64,000 bases of DNA from Bacteroidales bacterium (GCA_017395245.1 JAFPVR010000010.1:65942-129941), one strand, 5' to 3'. Positions 1 through 8,110 are shown, counted from the first letter of the stretch. Notes: a model not told the origin generated them from the letters alone. Made by a program: numbers and translations.

Positions 1-1
1 C

Positions 2-499
2 ATTAATCCAAAGGTGTTATCTGGCATGGAAGTTTTGGGTGATGGCATTTATTGTTTCCCATACGATGAGGAAATGAAAGAAGATGTCTCGTTTATTGCC
101 AATCCACTCAAAGCAAGACAGGCATGGGCAACGCTGTGTTGGTCGGAAAAGGAGAAAAAACAAACATTTTATATGAAGGATGCTTATATTGATATTTCTG
201 GAAGTTCGGATACTCGTAAAGGAAGGAATATCTGTCATATTAATAGTGATGCAGTAATATCCCCACATGTGCAGATACGCTACAATCAAGCAACGGAGTC
301 TTTTCAGTTGGCTGCATACGCGTGGGCTCTCCTTAATGAGAGTGAGGTGCCATTGAGCAATGCGAATGAAACGCCTAAATGGATAGACTTGCCGAGGTAC
401 AATTCAAGACTGTTATTGGGTGATCGCCCAAACTTGAGAGATCGCCCAACGGAACAGACTATGAAAAGAACGGTTAGTATAGATTTTAATGCTAATTGA
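2..499 (+). CDS. hypothetical protein, 5' end probably outside the window
   Basis: The frame is open from nt 2. The listed ORF starts at a GTG (nt 14). It ends 7 nt before the PP2C gene on the same strand. No convincing motif. Confidence 0.35.
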   Translation: MNPKVLSGMEVLGDGIYCFPYDEEMKEDVSFIANPLKARQAWATLCWSEKEKKQTFYMKDAYIDISGSSDTRKGRNICHINSDAVISPHVQIRYNQATESFQLAAYAWALLNESEVPLSNANETPKWIDLPRYNSRLLLGDRPNLRDRPTEQTMKRTVSIDFNAN

Positions 500-505
500 T
501 GTGTC

Positions 506-1948
506 ATGAACGCTGAAAACCTGATTTTTTATGGCCAAACCGATGTCGGCAGACAGCGCACCAACAACGAAGATGCGTTTGTGGTTGAACCGTTGGATGA
601 ACACACTGTCCTTGCTGTCACTATCGATGGCGTGGGCGGCTATGAGGGGGGAGAAGTGGCTGCAGAGATGGCACAAAAGGAGATACCCGCTTATCTGAAA
701 GAGTTTGCCCGTGGCGAGCGTTTGGAGCTGCTGAAACAGGCTGTCGTCTGTGCGAATAACGCCATTTATGACCGGCGGCGGCTTGACACGGCACGCCCGG
801 ACATGAGCTGCGTACTCACCGCCGCGTTGATAGATGCGGGGCGCAAGGTGGTGGATATGGTACACGTAGGCGATACCCGTATGTACCAATATCATCACGG
901 TGAACTCCGAAAACTCTCCCACGACCATTCACTGATTGGCTACCGCGAAGAAATTGGTGATTTGGCGGAAGAACAGGCCATGCATCATCCACAGCGCAAT
1001 GTGATAAGCCGCGTTGTGGGTTCGGATCGTCACGAGGTCGGAGACTCCGACTTTCTCGAGGCAGCAGAGTTTCCGTTGCTGCCCAATTCCACATTCCTGC
1101 TCTGTTCCGACGGTCTGACCGATTTGATAACTTCCAAGCAGATTGGAGCAATATTGGAACGACACATATCCCTTGAGGAAAAAACGCAGGCATTGATTGA
1201 TGCCGCCAACAACGCTGGAGGGAAAGACAATATCACGGTGGTGTTGGTGGAATACCAATCGGAAGAAATTGTCAGTCCGATAATTGAAAAAGTCGACTTG
1301 CAAATTGAGGAACAACATGAGGAGACATTGCCTGATAGACCAGAAACTAAAAAGAGGAAAATCAACATAATGATCCCGATTTTGACAGTCATTTCTGTTC
1401 TTCTTTTGGGTACTTGTATCGCTTTGCTCATGTCTTTAAAGGCAAAAGACGAAAGAATGCATAAACTTGAGGAACAGATGATACGACTGGCACTGGCAAA
1501 ATCGAAATCCGAATCAAGTGCTGAAGCGCAGACGGACACTTTAATTGATTCTGTTTCGACTATAAATCCAGTAAGGGCGATTGCCCTTTATTCCAAGGCT
1601 ATTGAAGAAAATGATTTCGAGACCATATCGCATTTATATGCTGCCCAAGTCCGACGATATTTCAACAAAACAGACATCAGCAATGCAACTGTGGTGAAGA
1701 GTTTTAAGAATTACGACCAAAAATTCGGCGTTTCAGGCAAACATGTGAACGTCCGATGGGAAACATGGGAGGTTGGGCTGTCACCTGATGGCGAAATATT
1801 GGCTGATTTCATTGAGGATTACAAGATTGACATATTGGACTCAACAAAATCGAAGAAATCGGATTACGTGCTCCATTACCATGTGGTCCTTGACAAAGAG
1901 GGTAAAATAGTGAGCATCTATTATGATGAATTGCCAAACAACAAGTAA
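506..1948 (+). CDS. PP2C-family Ser/Thr protein phosphatase with one TM helix and a C-terminal NTF2/SnoaL-like extracytoplasmic domain
   Basis: PP2C motifs RTNNEDAF, DGVGGYEGG and GKDNITVVLV. TM segment IMIPILTVISVLLLGTCIALLM. ~150 aa C-terminal domain. Confidence 0.85.
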   Translation: MNAENLIFYGQTDVGRQRTNNEDAFVVEPLDEHTVLAVTIDGVGGYEGGEVAAEMAQKEIPAYLKEFARGERLELLKQAVVCANNAIYDRRRLDTARPDMSCVLTAALIDAGRKVVDMVHVGDTRMYQYHHGELRKLSHDHSLIGYREEIGDLAEEQAMHHPQRNVISRVVGSDRHEVGDSDFLEAAEFPLLPNSTFLLCSDGLTDLITSKQIGAILERHISLEEKTQALIDAANNAGGKDNITVVLVEYQSEEIVSPIIEKVDLQIEEQHEETLPDRPETKKRKINIMIPILTVISVLLLGTCIALLMSLKAKDERMHKLEEQMIRLALAKSKSESSAEAQTDTLIDSVSTINPVRAIALYSKAIEENDFETISHLYAAQVRRYFNKTDISNATVVKSFKNYDQKFGVSGKHVNVRWETWEVGLSPDGEILADFIEDYKIDILDSTKSKKSDYVLHYHVVLDKEGKIVSIYYDELPNNK

Positions 1949-1984
1949 TGCAACTTGAACCAACAAACTAAAAACTAAACAAAC

Positions 1985-2275
1985 ATGAACAAACATGCCG
2001 GAGAAAGAGTGAAAGAAGCGTTCGATGCATCAGGCCTGAGCGTAAGCGAGTTCGCGCAAAGGCTAAATTGCCATCGGCAAAACGTCTATGACATTTTCAA
2101 ACGTTACGACATAGAACTGTCTCTGCTTCAGCGCATCTCCAAGGTGCTGGAGCATGACTTCGTCACGGAATTGTATGGTGCAAAAGGCTCCAAGAAGACC
2201 CTCAAGTTCTCGGTTACGGTGGAGATTGCAGAGAACGGCCAATACACAGTGACCGATGTGAAGGTGGGGAAGTGA
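1985..2275 (+). CDS. small helix-turn-helix DNA-binding protein (XRE-like)
   Basis: LSVSEFAQRLNCHRQNVYDIFKR has an HTH pattern. 96 aa, 36 nt downstream of the PP2C gene. Confidence 0.55.
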   Translation: MNKHAGERVKEAFDASGLSVSEFAQRLNCHRQNVYDIFKRYDIELSLLQRISKVLEHDFVTELYGAKGSKKTLKFSVTVEIAENGQYTVTDVKVGK

Positions 2276-2278
2276 AAT

Positions 2279-2331
2279 GATCACCGTCGGAATCGCACTT
2301 TTTTTTTGAGATTCCGACGGTGATCGTTTTT
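2279..2331 (+). terminator. strong hairpin plus T-run (intrinsic terminator candidate)
   Basis: Perfect 16-bp inverted repeat GATCACCGTCGGAATC (2279-2294) / GATTCCGACGGTGATC (2310-2325), followed by GTTTTT. Confidence 0.6.
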
Positions 2332-2349
2332 CGGATGTGGAAATTTTCT

Positions 2350-2357
2350 TACTTTTG
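2350..2357 (+). promoter_or_regulatory. Bacteroidota-type -7 promoter box (TAnnTTTG)
   Basis: TACTTTTG, 24 nt upstream of the ATG at 2382. Confidence 0.5.
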
Positions 2358-2381
2358 CAAACTCAAAAATTACAGCGAACA

Positions 2382-3827
2382 ATGGCAACGATCATCGGCA
2401 GAAAACAGGAACAGAAGGAACTCCGCCGCCTATATGAATCAGACGAGGCGGAGATGGTGGTGGTGTATGGCCGCCGTCGTGTAGGCAAGACATACTTGGT
2501 GAACCAAACCTTCTCGGAATGTGGTTTCGATTTCAAAGTGACAGGTCTGTATAAGAAACGTATGCCCCTCCAACTGGAGAACTTTGCTTTGGCTCTTCGT
2601 GAATATGCGGGCAACAAGTCACTTCCGATTGCCAAAAACTGGATGGAGGCCTTCGGGCAGCTGAAAGAGTTTCTGAAGGCAACCCGTACAGGAGACAAGC
2701 GTGTGCTGTTTTTTGACGAATTGCCATGGATGGACACCCGAGGCAGCATGTTTCTAAGCGCTTTTGAATGGTTCTGGAATGGATGGGGGAGTGCACAGCA
2801 GGATCTGATGCTCATAGTGTGCGGCAGTGCCACCAATTGGATCATCAACAAGCTGTTCAAACAGAAAGGGGGGCTCTATAATCGAGCCGGCAGCAAGATG
2901 TTTCTCCGTCCTTTCACCCTTGCCGAGACAGAGCAGTATCTTTTCAAACAGGGCATTGAAATGGAACGGTATGACATCGCCCAAGCCTACATGATCATGG
3001 GAGGGATACCCTACTACCTCAAACAACTTGAGCCCGGACGCACGTTAGCCGACAACATAGACAACTGTTTTTTCAAGAAAAACGGGAAACTGTGGGATGA
3101 GTTCGACAATCTGTATGAGACGCTCTTCGACCAGTCGGAATACTACTTGCGCATTGTGGAGGCCCTGGCCGGAAAGAGAATTGGTTTAACCCGCGATGAA
3201 ATACTGACGCTGACAAAGTTGCCGGACAACGGGTTGACCTCCAATGCTTTGAAGGATCTGGTGAAATGCGGGTTCCTTCGGGTTTATCAGTACTATGGGC
3301 GAAAAAACAAAACACAAACCTACCAATTGGCCGACTTCTACACCCTGTTTTACCTGCAATTCATCAGGGAAAACTACGGGCAAGACGAGCACTTTTGGAC
3401 CCACATGCTGGACAACCCCAAGAAGAACAACTGGCTTGGATACAGCTTTGAACAGCTGGTGAAAGACCATATCGAACAGGTAAAGCGGGCATTGGGCATC
3501 GGTTCTGTGCTCACTCGCCAGTCCACTTGGTTTGCCGAAAAACGGGATGTTGACGATGACAATGCCACCGGTGCGCAAATAGACCTGCTCATCGACCGCA
3601 GGGATAAGGCCATCAACGTGTGCGAAGCGAAATTCTACAGCGGCGAGTTTACCATTGACAAAGACTATTCGCTCAATTTGCGCAACAAGATTACCGCATT
3701 CAAATCGGTGACAAAGACGCGCAAGGCTATTGTGCCGACGATGATCACCACCTTTGGTGTGAAGCATAATGCTTACAGTGGCAGTATTCAACAGGAAGTC
3801 ACGTTGGATGATCTATTCGAACGATAG
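2382..3827 (+). CDS. AAA ATPase, archaeal-ATPase/DUF234-type ATP-binding protein
   Basis: IGRKQEQKEL...GRRRVGKT (Walker A) and VLFFDELPW (Walker B-like). Paralog of 13679..15127. Start moved to MATIIGRK, downstream of the -7 box. Confidence 0.8.
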   Translation: MATIIGRKQEQKELRRLYESDEAEMVVVYGRRRVGKTYLVNQTFSECGFDFKVTGLYKKRMPLQLENFALALREYAGNKSLPIAKNWMEAFGQLKEFLKATRTGDKRVLFFDELPWMDTRGSMFLSAFEWFWNGWGSAQQDLMLIVCGSATNWIINKLFKQKGGLYNRAGSKMFLRPFTLAETEQYLFKQGIEMERYDIAQAYMIMGGIPYYLKQLEPGRTLADNIDNCFFKKNGKLWDEFDNLYETLFDQSEYYLRIVEALAGKRIGLTRDEILTLTKLPDNGLTSNALKDLVKCGFLRVYQYYGRKNKTQTYQLADFYTLFYLQFIRENYGQDEHFWTHMLDNPKKNNWLGYSFEQLVKDHIEQVKRALGIGSVLTRQSTWFAEKRDVDDDNATGAQIDLLIDRRDKAINVCEAKFYSGEFTIDKDYSLNLRNKITAFKSVTKTRKAIVPTMITTFGVKHNAYSGSIQQEVTLDDLFER

Positions 3828-4146
3828 CATTATCCCAAATCAGCCCATTGGGAATCAATGAGATAGGCTCAACAACGGCATAATCCAAATAATTTCTGCC
3901 AAGAATCTCGCCCCGATCGAAATGCGGTGGCAAACATCCAACTGCCGTGAGGATGGAGTTCCGCAAAAGTGTTGAACACCATGGAATGAATTGCAGGTCA
4001 AGATAAGGCCGTGCCCATCACATATCCGGCAACATCATGAGATGCTTTGGCGGCGAATCCACCAATGTCTTAGAACTTATTACAAAGCGTAAAATCGCGG
4101 AATACGGTTTCGGGAGTATTTTTGCATTTTAAATTAAGAACAAGGA

Positions 4147-4186
4147 CCGACGGAGCCGGATGGGATATAACGCGGCAAGAAAAAGA
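4147..4186 (+). repeat. 40-nt conserved module, copy 1 (CCGACGGAGCCGGATGGGATATAACGCGGCAAGAAAAAGA)
   Basis: Near-identical to 4418-4457 and 4739-4774. Contains GGAG, 4 nt, ATG, then 9 conserved codons (MGYNAARKR). Confidence 0.85.
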
Positions 4187-4345
4187 ATGATTGCACAAAT
4201 TTCCGAAACCATTGACAGTGAAGGCTATCACATTGTGTCAGCAGTGACCGAAGAAGGCAACGTGGCTGTCGAAAAGTATTATTATGAAAGCGATAAAGAA
4301 CGTGCCTATGAAAATGCGCAGCAAAGAGCATTAGACAAGGATTGA
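4160..4345 (+). CDS. small acidic hypothetical protein (61 aa) headed by repeat module 1
   Basis: ORF MGYNAARKRMIAQISETIDSEGYH... An in-frame alternative ATG lies at 4187. Coding status uncertain. Confidence 0.3.
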   Translation: MGYNAARKRMIAQISETIDSEGYHIVSAVTEEGNVAVEKYYYESDKERAYENAQQRALDKD

Positions 4346-4417
4346 TGATTACAATCGGAGATGGTCGTCCTTAACTACTGTATTGTGTCAGGGACGACCA
4401 CTTTTTACACAATTAAA

Positions 4418-4457
4418 CCGACGGAGCCGGATGGGATATAACGCGGCAAGAAAAAGA
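4418..4457 (+). repeat. 40-nt conserved module, copy 2
   Basis: Same sequence as 4147-4186, 271 nt downstream of copy 1. Confidence 0.85.
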
Positions 4458-4459
4458 TT

Positions 4460-4654
4460 ATGGGACTGTATTACGGAAAAGTATGCGATCCTTCCTGTTA
4501 CCATTTTCAAAAATGCGATTATTGTATGTCCAAAGGGTGGGCTGCAAGAACGTGTGGCGATAAGTTGTTCTGTAGGCAAAAATTTCGCTGTAAATACGCT
4601 CATCATAGTGTTAATACGACATCTACTAATAAATGTCAAAATATGAATATGTGA
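4460..4654 (+). CDS. Cys-rich small ORF (64 aa, 9 Cys) immediately after repeat module 2
   Basis: MGLYYGKVCDPSCYHFQKCDYCMSKGWAARTCGDKLFCRQKFRCKY... It is out of frame with the module ATG (4431), whose own frame gives the overlapping 4431..4646 ORF. Confidence 0.3.
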   Translation: MGLYYGKVCDPSCYHFQKCDYCMSKGWAARTCGDKLFCRQKFRCKYAHHSVNTTSTNKCQNMNM

Positions 4655-4738
4655 TCAGTCTTTTCGGTTAATAAGAGGGACTATACCAGAATATAATTAG
4701 GCAAGACCTGCGAAGCCGTAAGAGCAGGGTATAAAATG

Positions 4739-4774
4739 CCGACGGAGCTGGATGGGATATAACGCGGTAAAAAA
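4739..4774 (+). repeat. 40-nt conserved module, copy 3 (slightly diverged)
   Basis: CCGACGGAGCTGGATGGGATATAACGCGGTAAAAAA, 321 nt after copy 2. It heads a 29-codon ORF at 4752..4841. Confidence 0.8.
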
Positions 4775-4951
4775 TAATATGCAAAAGATTTGGATACAGT
4801 TATTGAGAAAGAGAACGAAGACGCTTTGCCTTTTGAAATGACGTTGACTTTGTTGGTGAACTAATGAAGAACCGATGATAGCATAGGGGCCCTATAAGTC
4901 AAAAGAGAATGTAAGTGTGCGATCAAGTGGGCATTAAGAGAAAAAATAAAA

Positions 4952-6022
4952 ATGAAAAATCTGTTAAATACATGTTGGTTGACCATAAATAGAGATTGCA
5001 ACATCAGATGTGATTTCTGTTATGCTCAAAACAAGTTGTTTAGTAAACGAGAAACAATGTCATTTGAAATGGCGCAATCATTGATAGATATAGCCATCTC
5101 AAATGGTGTGGCTACATTCTTTCTCTTAGGAGGGGAACCTACCCTTCATCCTGCTATTATTGATATTCTGAGTTATATTACAAATAGAGATCGGAAAATT
5201 ATCGTTGTGACCAATGGAATAAAATTGCAGGATGTTAGTTTTTGTGAGGCTATCTCTAGGATTAATCAATCACAACTGATTACTATAGCCATTGCATTGA
5301 AAGGTTCTTCTAATTTGGAATACAAAAAGCTTTGTGGTGTTCCTGCTTATGATAAAGTTTTAAAAGCTGTCGAGAATTGTAGGAAGTTTAATCTAAAATT
5401 GAATTTTTCTTTCGTTATTACGTCTGAAAACGTATATGATTTAGAACAAATAGCAAATAAACTAAAAAATGATGGTATAAATGAAACCATTAGTTTCTCA
5501 TACTGTCATGATATAATAATTAGGGACAAATTTGAAATATTGGATAAATTACATCCTATAGAAATTGATTCTGTTTTTTCTGACAAATATGATTATGTTG
5601 ATAAGGTGTTAGAATCAAATATCGCTTTTCATCAAACATTGCCGTTGTGTATGTGTAATAAAACAATGTTTGATAAGATGGTTTTGCGAAAACAGATTAC
5701 CACTGCTTGTCAATTGCAAAAAAAGAATTCTGTCATTTTTGACACCGACGGGGGGATTCTCTTGTGTAACCATGTGAATTATAGCATTGGTAAGTATTTG
5801 GAAGATTTTATAGATGCAGAATCTTTTAAGAAGTATTGGCTTTCAAGCAAAGTTGAGGAATTGTTCAAAAGAATAACTACGATGCCTTCGCGAAAATGTT
5901 TAAATTGTAAAGATAGACAATTATGCGGAGGTGGATGTTGTATACAGTGGTTTGCATCGGATTTCGAATCCTATAATAATTATTTATTAACAATAAAGTC
6001 AAATTTAAATGGAAAAGATTGA
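4952..6022 (+). CDS. radical SAM enzyme with C-terminal SPASM domain (peptide-modifying maturase type)
   Basis: CNIRCDFCY (CxxxCxxC) at residues 16-24. GGEPTLHP. C-terminal C-x14-GILLC and CLNCKDRQLCGGGC (Cx2Cx5Cx3C). AT-rich gene. Confidence 0.88.
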   Translation: MKNLLNTCWLTINRDCNIRCDFCYAQNKLFSKRETMSFEMAQSLIDIAISNGVATFFLLGGEPTLHPAIIDILSYITNRDRKIIVVTNGIKLQDVSFCEAISRINQSQLITIAIALKGSSNLEYKKLCGVPAYDKVLKAVENCRKFNLKLNFSFVITSENVYDLEQIANKLKNDGINETISFSYCHDIIIRDKFEILDKLHPIEIDSVFSDKYDYVDKVLESNIAFHQTLPLCMCNKTMFDKMVLRKQITTACQLQKKNSVIFDTDGGILLCNHVNYSIGKYLEDFIDAESFKKYWLSSKVEELFKRITTMPSRKCLNCKDRQLCGGGCCIQWFASDFESYNNYLLTIKSNLNGKD

Positions 6023-6134
6023 AGAATTATTAAAAACAAGGCAAGCGACAGAGATTTCATTTGATGTTGAAATCAAAGGAATCTCTAATGTTCATTTTGA
6101 TCTTTGTAATGGGAATGATTGCATTAATGATTAA
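6009..6134 (+). CDS. 41-aa candidate precursor peptide (not in the ORF track)
   Basis: ATG at 6009 overlaps the rSAM stop by 14 nt. Translation is MEKIEELLKTRQATEISFDVEIKGISNVHFDLCNGNDCIND, read codon by codon. A strong hairpin terminator follows. Confidence 0.45.
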   Translation: MEKIEELLKTRQATEISFDVEIKGISNVHFDLCNGNDCIND

Positions 6135-6180
6135 CACACAGTCGGTCAATACCTTTTAAAAGCGGATTGAAAGTTGTCAA

Positions 6181-6218
6181 CTGTGATCCATATCCTATGG
6201 ATCACAGAGTGTATTTTT
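6181..6218 (+). terminator. intrinsic terminator candidate after the small ORF
   Basis: Perfect 12-bp stem CTGTGATCCATA / TATGGATCACAG with a 3-nt loop, followed by AGTGTATTTTT. Confidence 0.55.
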
Positions 6219-6273
6219 CCCCTTCATGGAAATCAAAGAGAGTGTTTGTCCTTTGATTTAGTGGACTTGTTAA

Positions 6274-6310
6274 GGGGGAAGGTGGTGTTATATACCCGAC
6301 CTCCCCTTTT
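6274..6310 (+). terminator. second hairpin plus TTTT
   Basis: GGGGA(A)GGT ... ACCTCCCC stem with one bulge, then TTTT. Confidence 0.35.
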
Positions 6311-6388
6311 AATGGTCAATGTCAAAAGCACGTGTGTTTCACAATGATGATGGTATGTGCCCAATTCTTTTTTATAATAACAAAGACT

Positions 6389-6871
6389 ATGTCCAATGCC
6401 CTTTTAATAGTAGATGTCCAGAACGGCTTCATCAACGAAAAGACGAAGCACATCCCAATGCTTGTTGAAAAACTGCAGTACGACTATAACTTTGTTATAG
6501 TCACACGCTTCATCAACCTGCCAGATTCACCGTACAGAAAGCTAATCAAGTGGGAACATCTGTCTCCTGAGACGGATGAGGTGGAATTGGCTTTCAAACC
6601 GAAGGAGGGTGCCGTTATCATTGACAAATACATCTATTCCTGCATTGATGAACGTTTCATGCTTTTGTTAAAGGGAAATGGGATAGATGCGGTGGATATT
6701 TGTGGCATTGATACAGATATTTGCGTCACCAAATGTGCCGTGGATCTTTTCGAGCGGAACATTACGCCATACGTTTTGAAGGACTATTGCGCCACACATG
6801 CCGATGCGGATATTCAGGAGGCTGCGTTGGTGATATTGGCAAGATATATCGGAAAATCTCAAATCATTTGA
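6389..6871 (+). CDS. isochorismatase-family cysteine hydrolase (nicotinamidase-like)
   Basis: LLIVDVQNGF and ICGIDTDICVTKCA (catalytic Cys context). Start moved to MSNALLIVD. Confidence 0.8.
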   Translation: MSNALLIVDVQNGFINEKTKHIPMLVEKLQYDYNFVIVTRFINLPDSPYRKLIKWEHLSPETDEVELAFKPKEGAVIIDKYIYSCIDERFMLLLKGNGIDAVDICGIDTDICVTKCAVDLFERNITPYVLKDYCATHADADIQEAALVILARYIGKSQII

Positions 6872-6874
6872 TGT

Positions 6875-8032
6875 ATGGAAGCCTATTGTACTAGCATAAT
6901 CCCTGTTAAAGTCCCTAATGCGAAATTAACAAGGGAAATAATCAATATCTGCAAAAATCACCAGTTGCTGTCAGATTATTGCAATTATAGAGGGGCAATC
7001 AACCTGAAGGCTATTCCTGATATTAATATCAAGTCATTTGATTTCTACTATATCCCTTCCCCGAAAACAGATATCCAATGTGCTTTCAGTGAAAGTACGT
7101 TAACCCTTATCCTTACGTGGAAAAATACCTACAAAGATTACTGCTCTTTGGTGAATCAATCTTTGGAAGAGAGGAAAAAGCTCGTCAAAAGGGTTCTTGA
7201 GTATAAGCCGAAGGATGAAAAGCTTGTCCCATTCATGAAATTACTAGAGGAATATAGAAATAAAGGTTTGAGTATCAACTATGCATTTACTTTCTACTCG
7301 ATCTGCGACGAGAACTTTACAGAAGCATCCGAACAGCATTTGAAAGTGTTAGCGGAGCCTTCGGTGATCAATATGGACGATATGTTGTCTTCCTTGGGTA
7401 CATCTGTCCAGTATGATTCAAAGACCAAAATCAATAAGGAAATCTTGGAAACGATAAAAGATTTTGACCTCTATAGCGAACAAAAGACGTTCATAACCTG
7501 GGCATCCATTGTGTCGATGTCGAAAAGTAAAGAGATCTTTGTAAAAAATCATATTACATTGACACTAATGGAATTACTCATACAAAGGATATGGAATCTT
7601 TGTTATTCGCAAAACAATAGTCTGAACAATTGTATAACCAATATCAAGAAATGCTCCAAAGATATTAACAAAATCATCATTGACACCTATAGGATTTTAA
7701 TTGAATCCAAAAATTGTATTTCTGCCACCTATTCCAGCCGGTTGTCGGGCATCTATTCGGCAATTGTTGAATCCAGTCAGCTCCCCAAAAACATTGAAGA
7801 CTTGGAACAGAAACTCAATTATCTGATTGTGTTTACGAATAGCATCAACCAAAACAAGAACAGACGTTTGCAACAAGGTTCGGAAATATTACTCTTCCTT
7901 ATTGCTATCGCCCAGATTGTTCCTCTGTTTTTCAATCTCCCTATTGTAACTCATAATATGATTAGCATCGGGACAGTTGTCGGTATTTGTGTCTTGGGCG
8001 TGTTGTTGATACGGTCAAGATACCACAATTAG
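6875..8032 (+). CDS. hypothetical protein with a long helical region and a C-terminal two-TM hairpin (CorA-like topology, no GMN motif)
   Basis: Starts 3 nt after the hydrolase stop. C-terminus is EILLFLIAIAQIVPLFFNLPIVTHNMISIGTVVGICVLGVLLIRSRY. Very AT-rich. Confidence 0.55.
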   Translation: MEAYCTSIIPVKVPNAKLTREIINICKNHQLLSDYCNYRGAINLKAIPDINIKSFDFYYIPSPKTDIQCAFSESTLTLILTWKNTYKDYCSLVNQSLEERKKLVKRVLEYKPKDEKLVPFMKLLEEYRNKGLSINYAFTFYSICDENFTEASEQHLKVLAEPSVINMDDMLSSLGTSVQYDSKTKINKEILETIKDFDLYSEQKTFITWASIVSMSKSKEIFVKNHITLTLMELLIQRIWNLCYSQNNSLNNCITNIKKCSKDINKIIIDTYRILIESKNCISATYSSRLSGIYSAIVESSQLPKNIEDLEQKLNYLIVFTNSINQNKNRRLQQGSEILLFLIAIAQIVPLFFNLPIVTHNMISIGTVVGICVLGVLLIRSRYHN

Positions 8033-8102
8033 TCTGTTTTCCAAACTAACCATTTTGAACATTATTCCTCTTTAATACAAGAATTCGTTCGAGAATAACA
8101 GA

Positions 8103-8110
8103 TATTTTTG
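8103..8110 (+). promoter_or_regulatory. Bacteroidota-type -7 promoter box (TAnnTTTG)
   Basis: TATTTTTG, 47 nt upstream of the ATG at 8158. The surrounding ~50 nt are duplicated at 9985. Confidence 0.5.

Noticed and set aside
14-499. An FHA domain in the first ORF (GRNICHINSDAVISPHVQIRY), which would fit the FHA-PP2C pairing.
   Set aside because: The spacing of the S-x-x-H motif is wrong (SPH) and the downstream NG(S/T) block is missing. The resemblance is too weak to call.
3828-4146. A possible minus-strand gene fragment in the spacer after the ATPase gene (open frame reading ...HFDRGEILGRNYLDYAVVEPISLIPNGLIWD).
   Set aside because: No start codon, no recognisable motif, and it runs into the antisense of the ATPase 3' end. 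This is insufficient evidence for a pseudogene call.
4383-4646. The ORF 4383..4646 and the antisense 4388..4639 as real genes.
   Set aside because: They overlap each other and the Cys-rich frame. 4383 begins upstream of the conserved module at a non-ATG position. Only the module-ATG frame and the Cys-rich frame were kept as low-confidence candidates.
4147-4774. The triple 40-nt repeat as a CRISPR array.
   Set aside because: There are only three copies. The spacers are 231 and 281 nt, far longer than CRISPR spacers. The repeat contains an SD-ATG and there are no cas genes.
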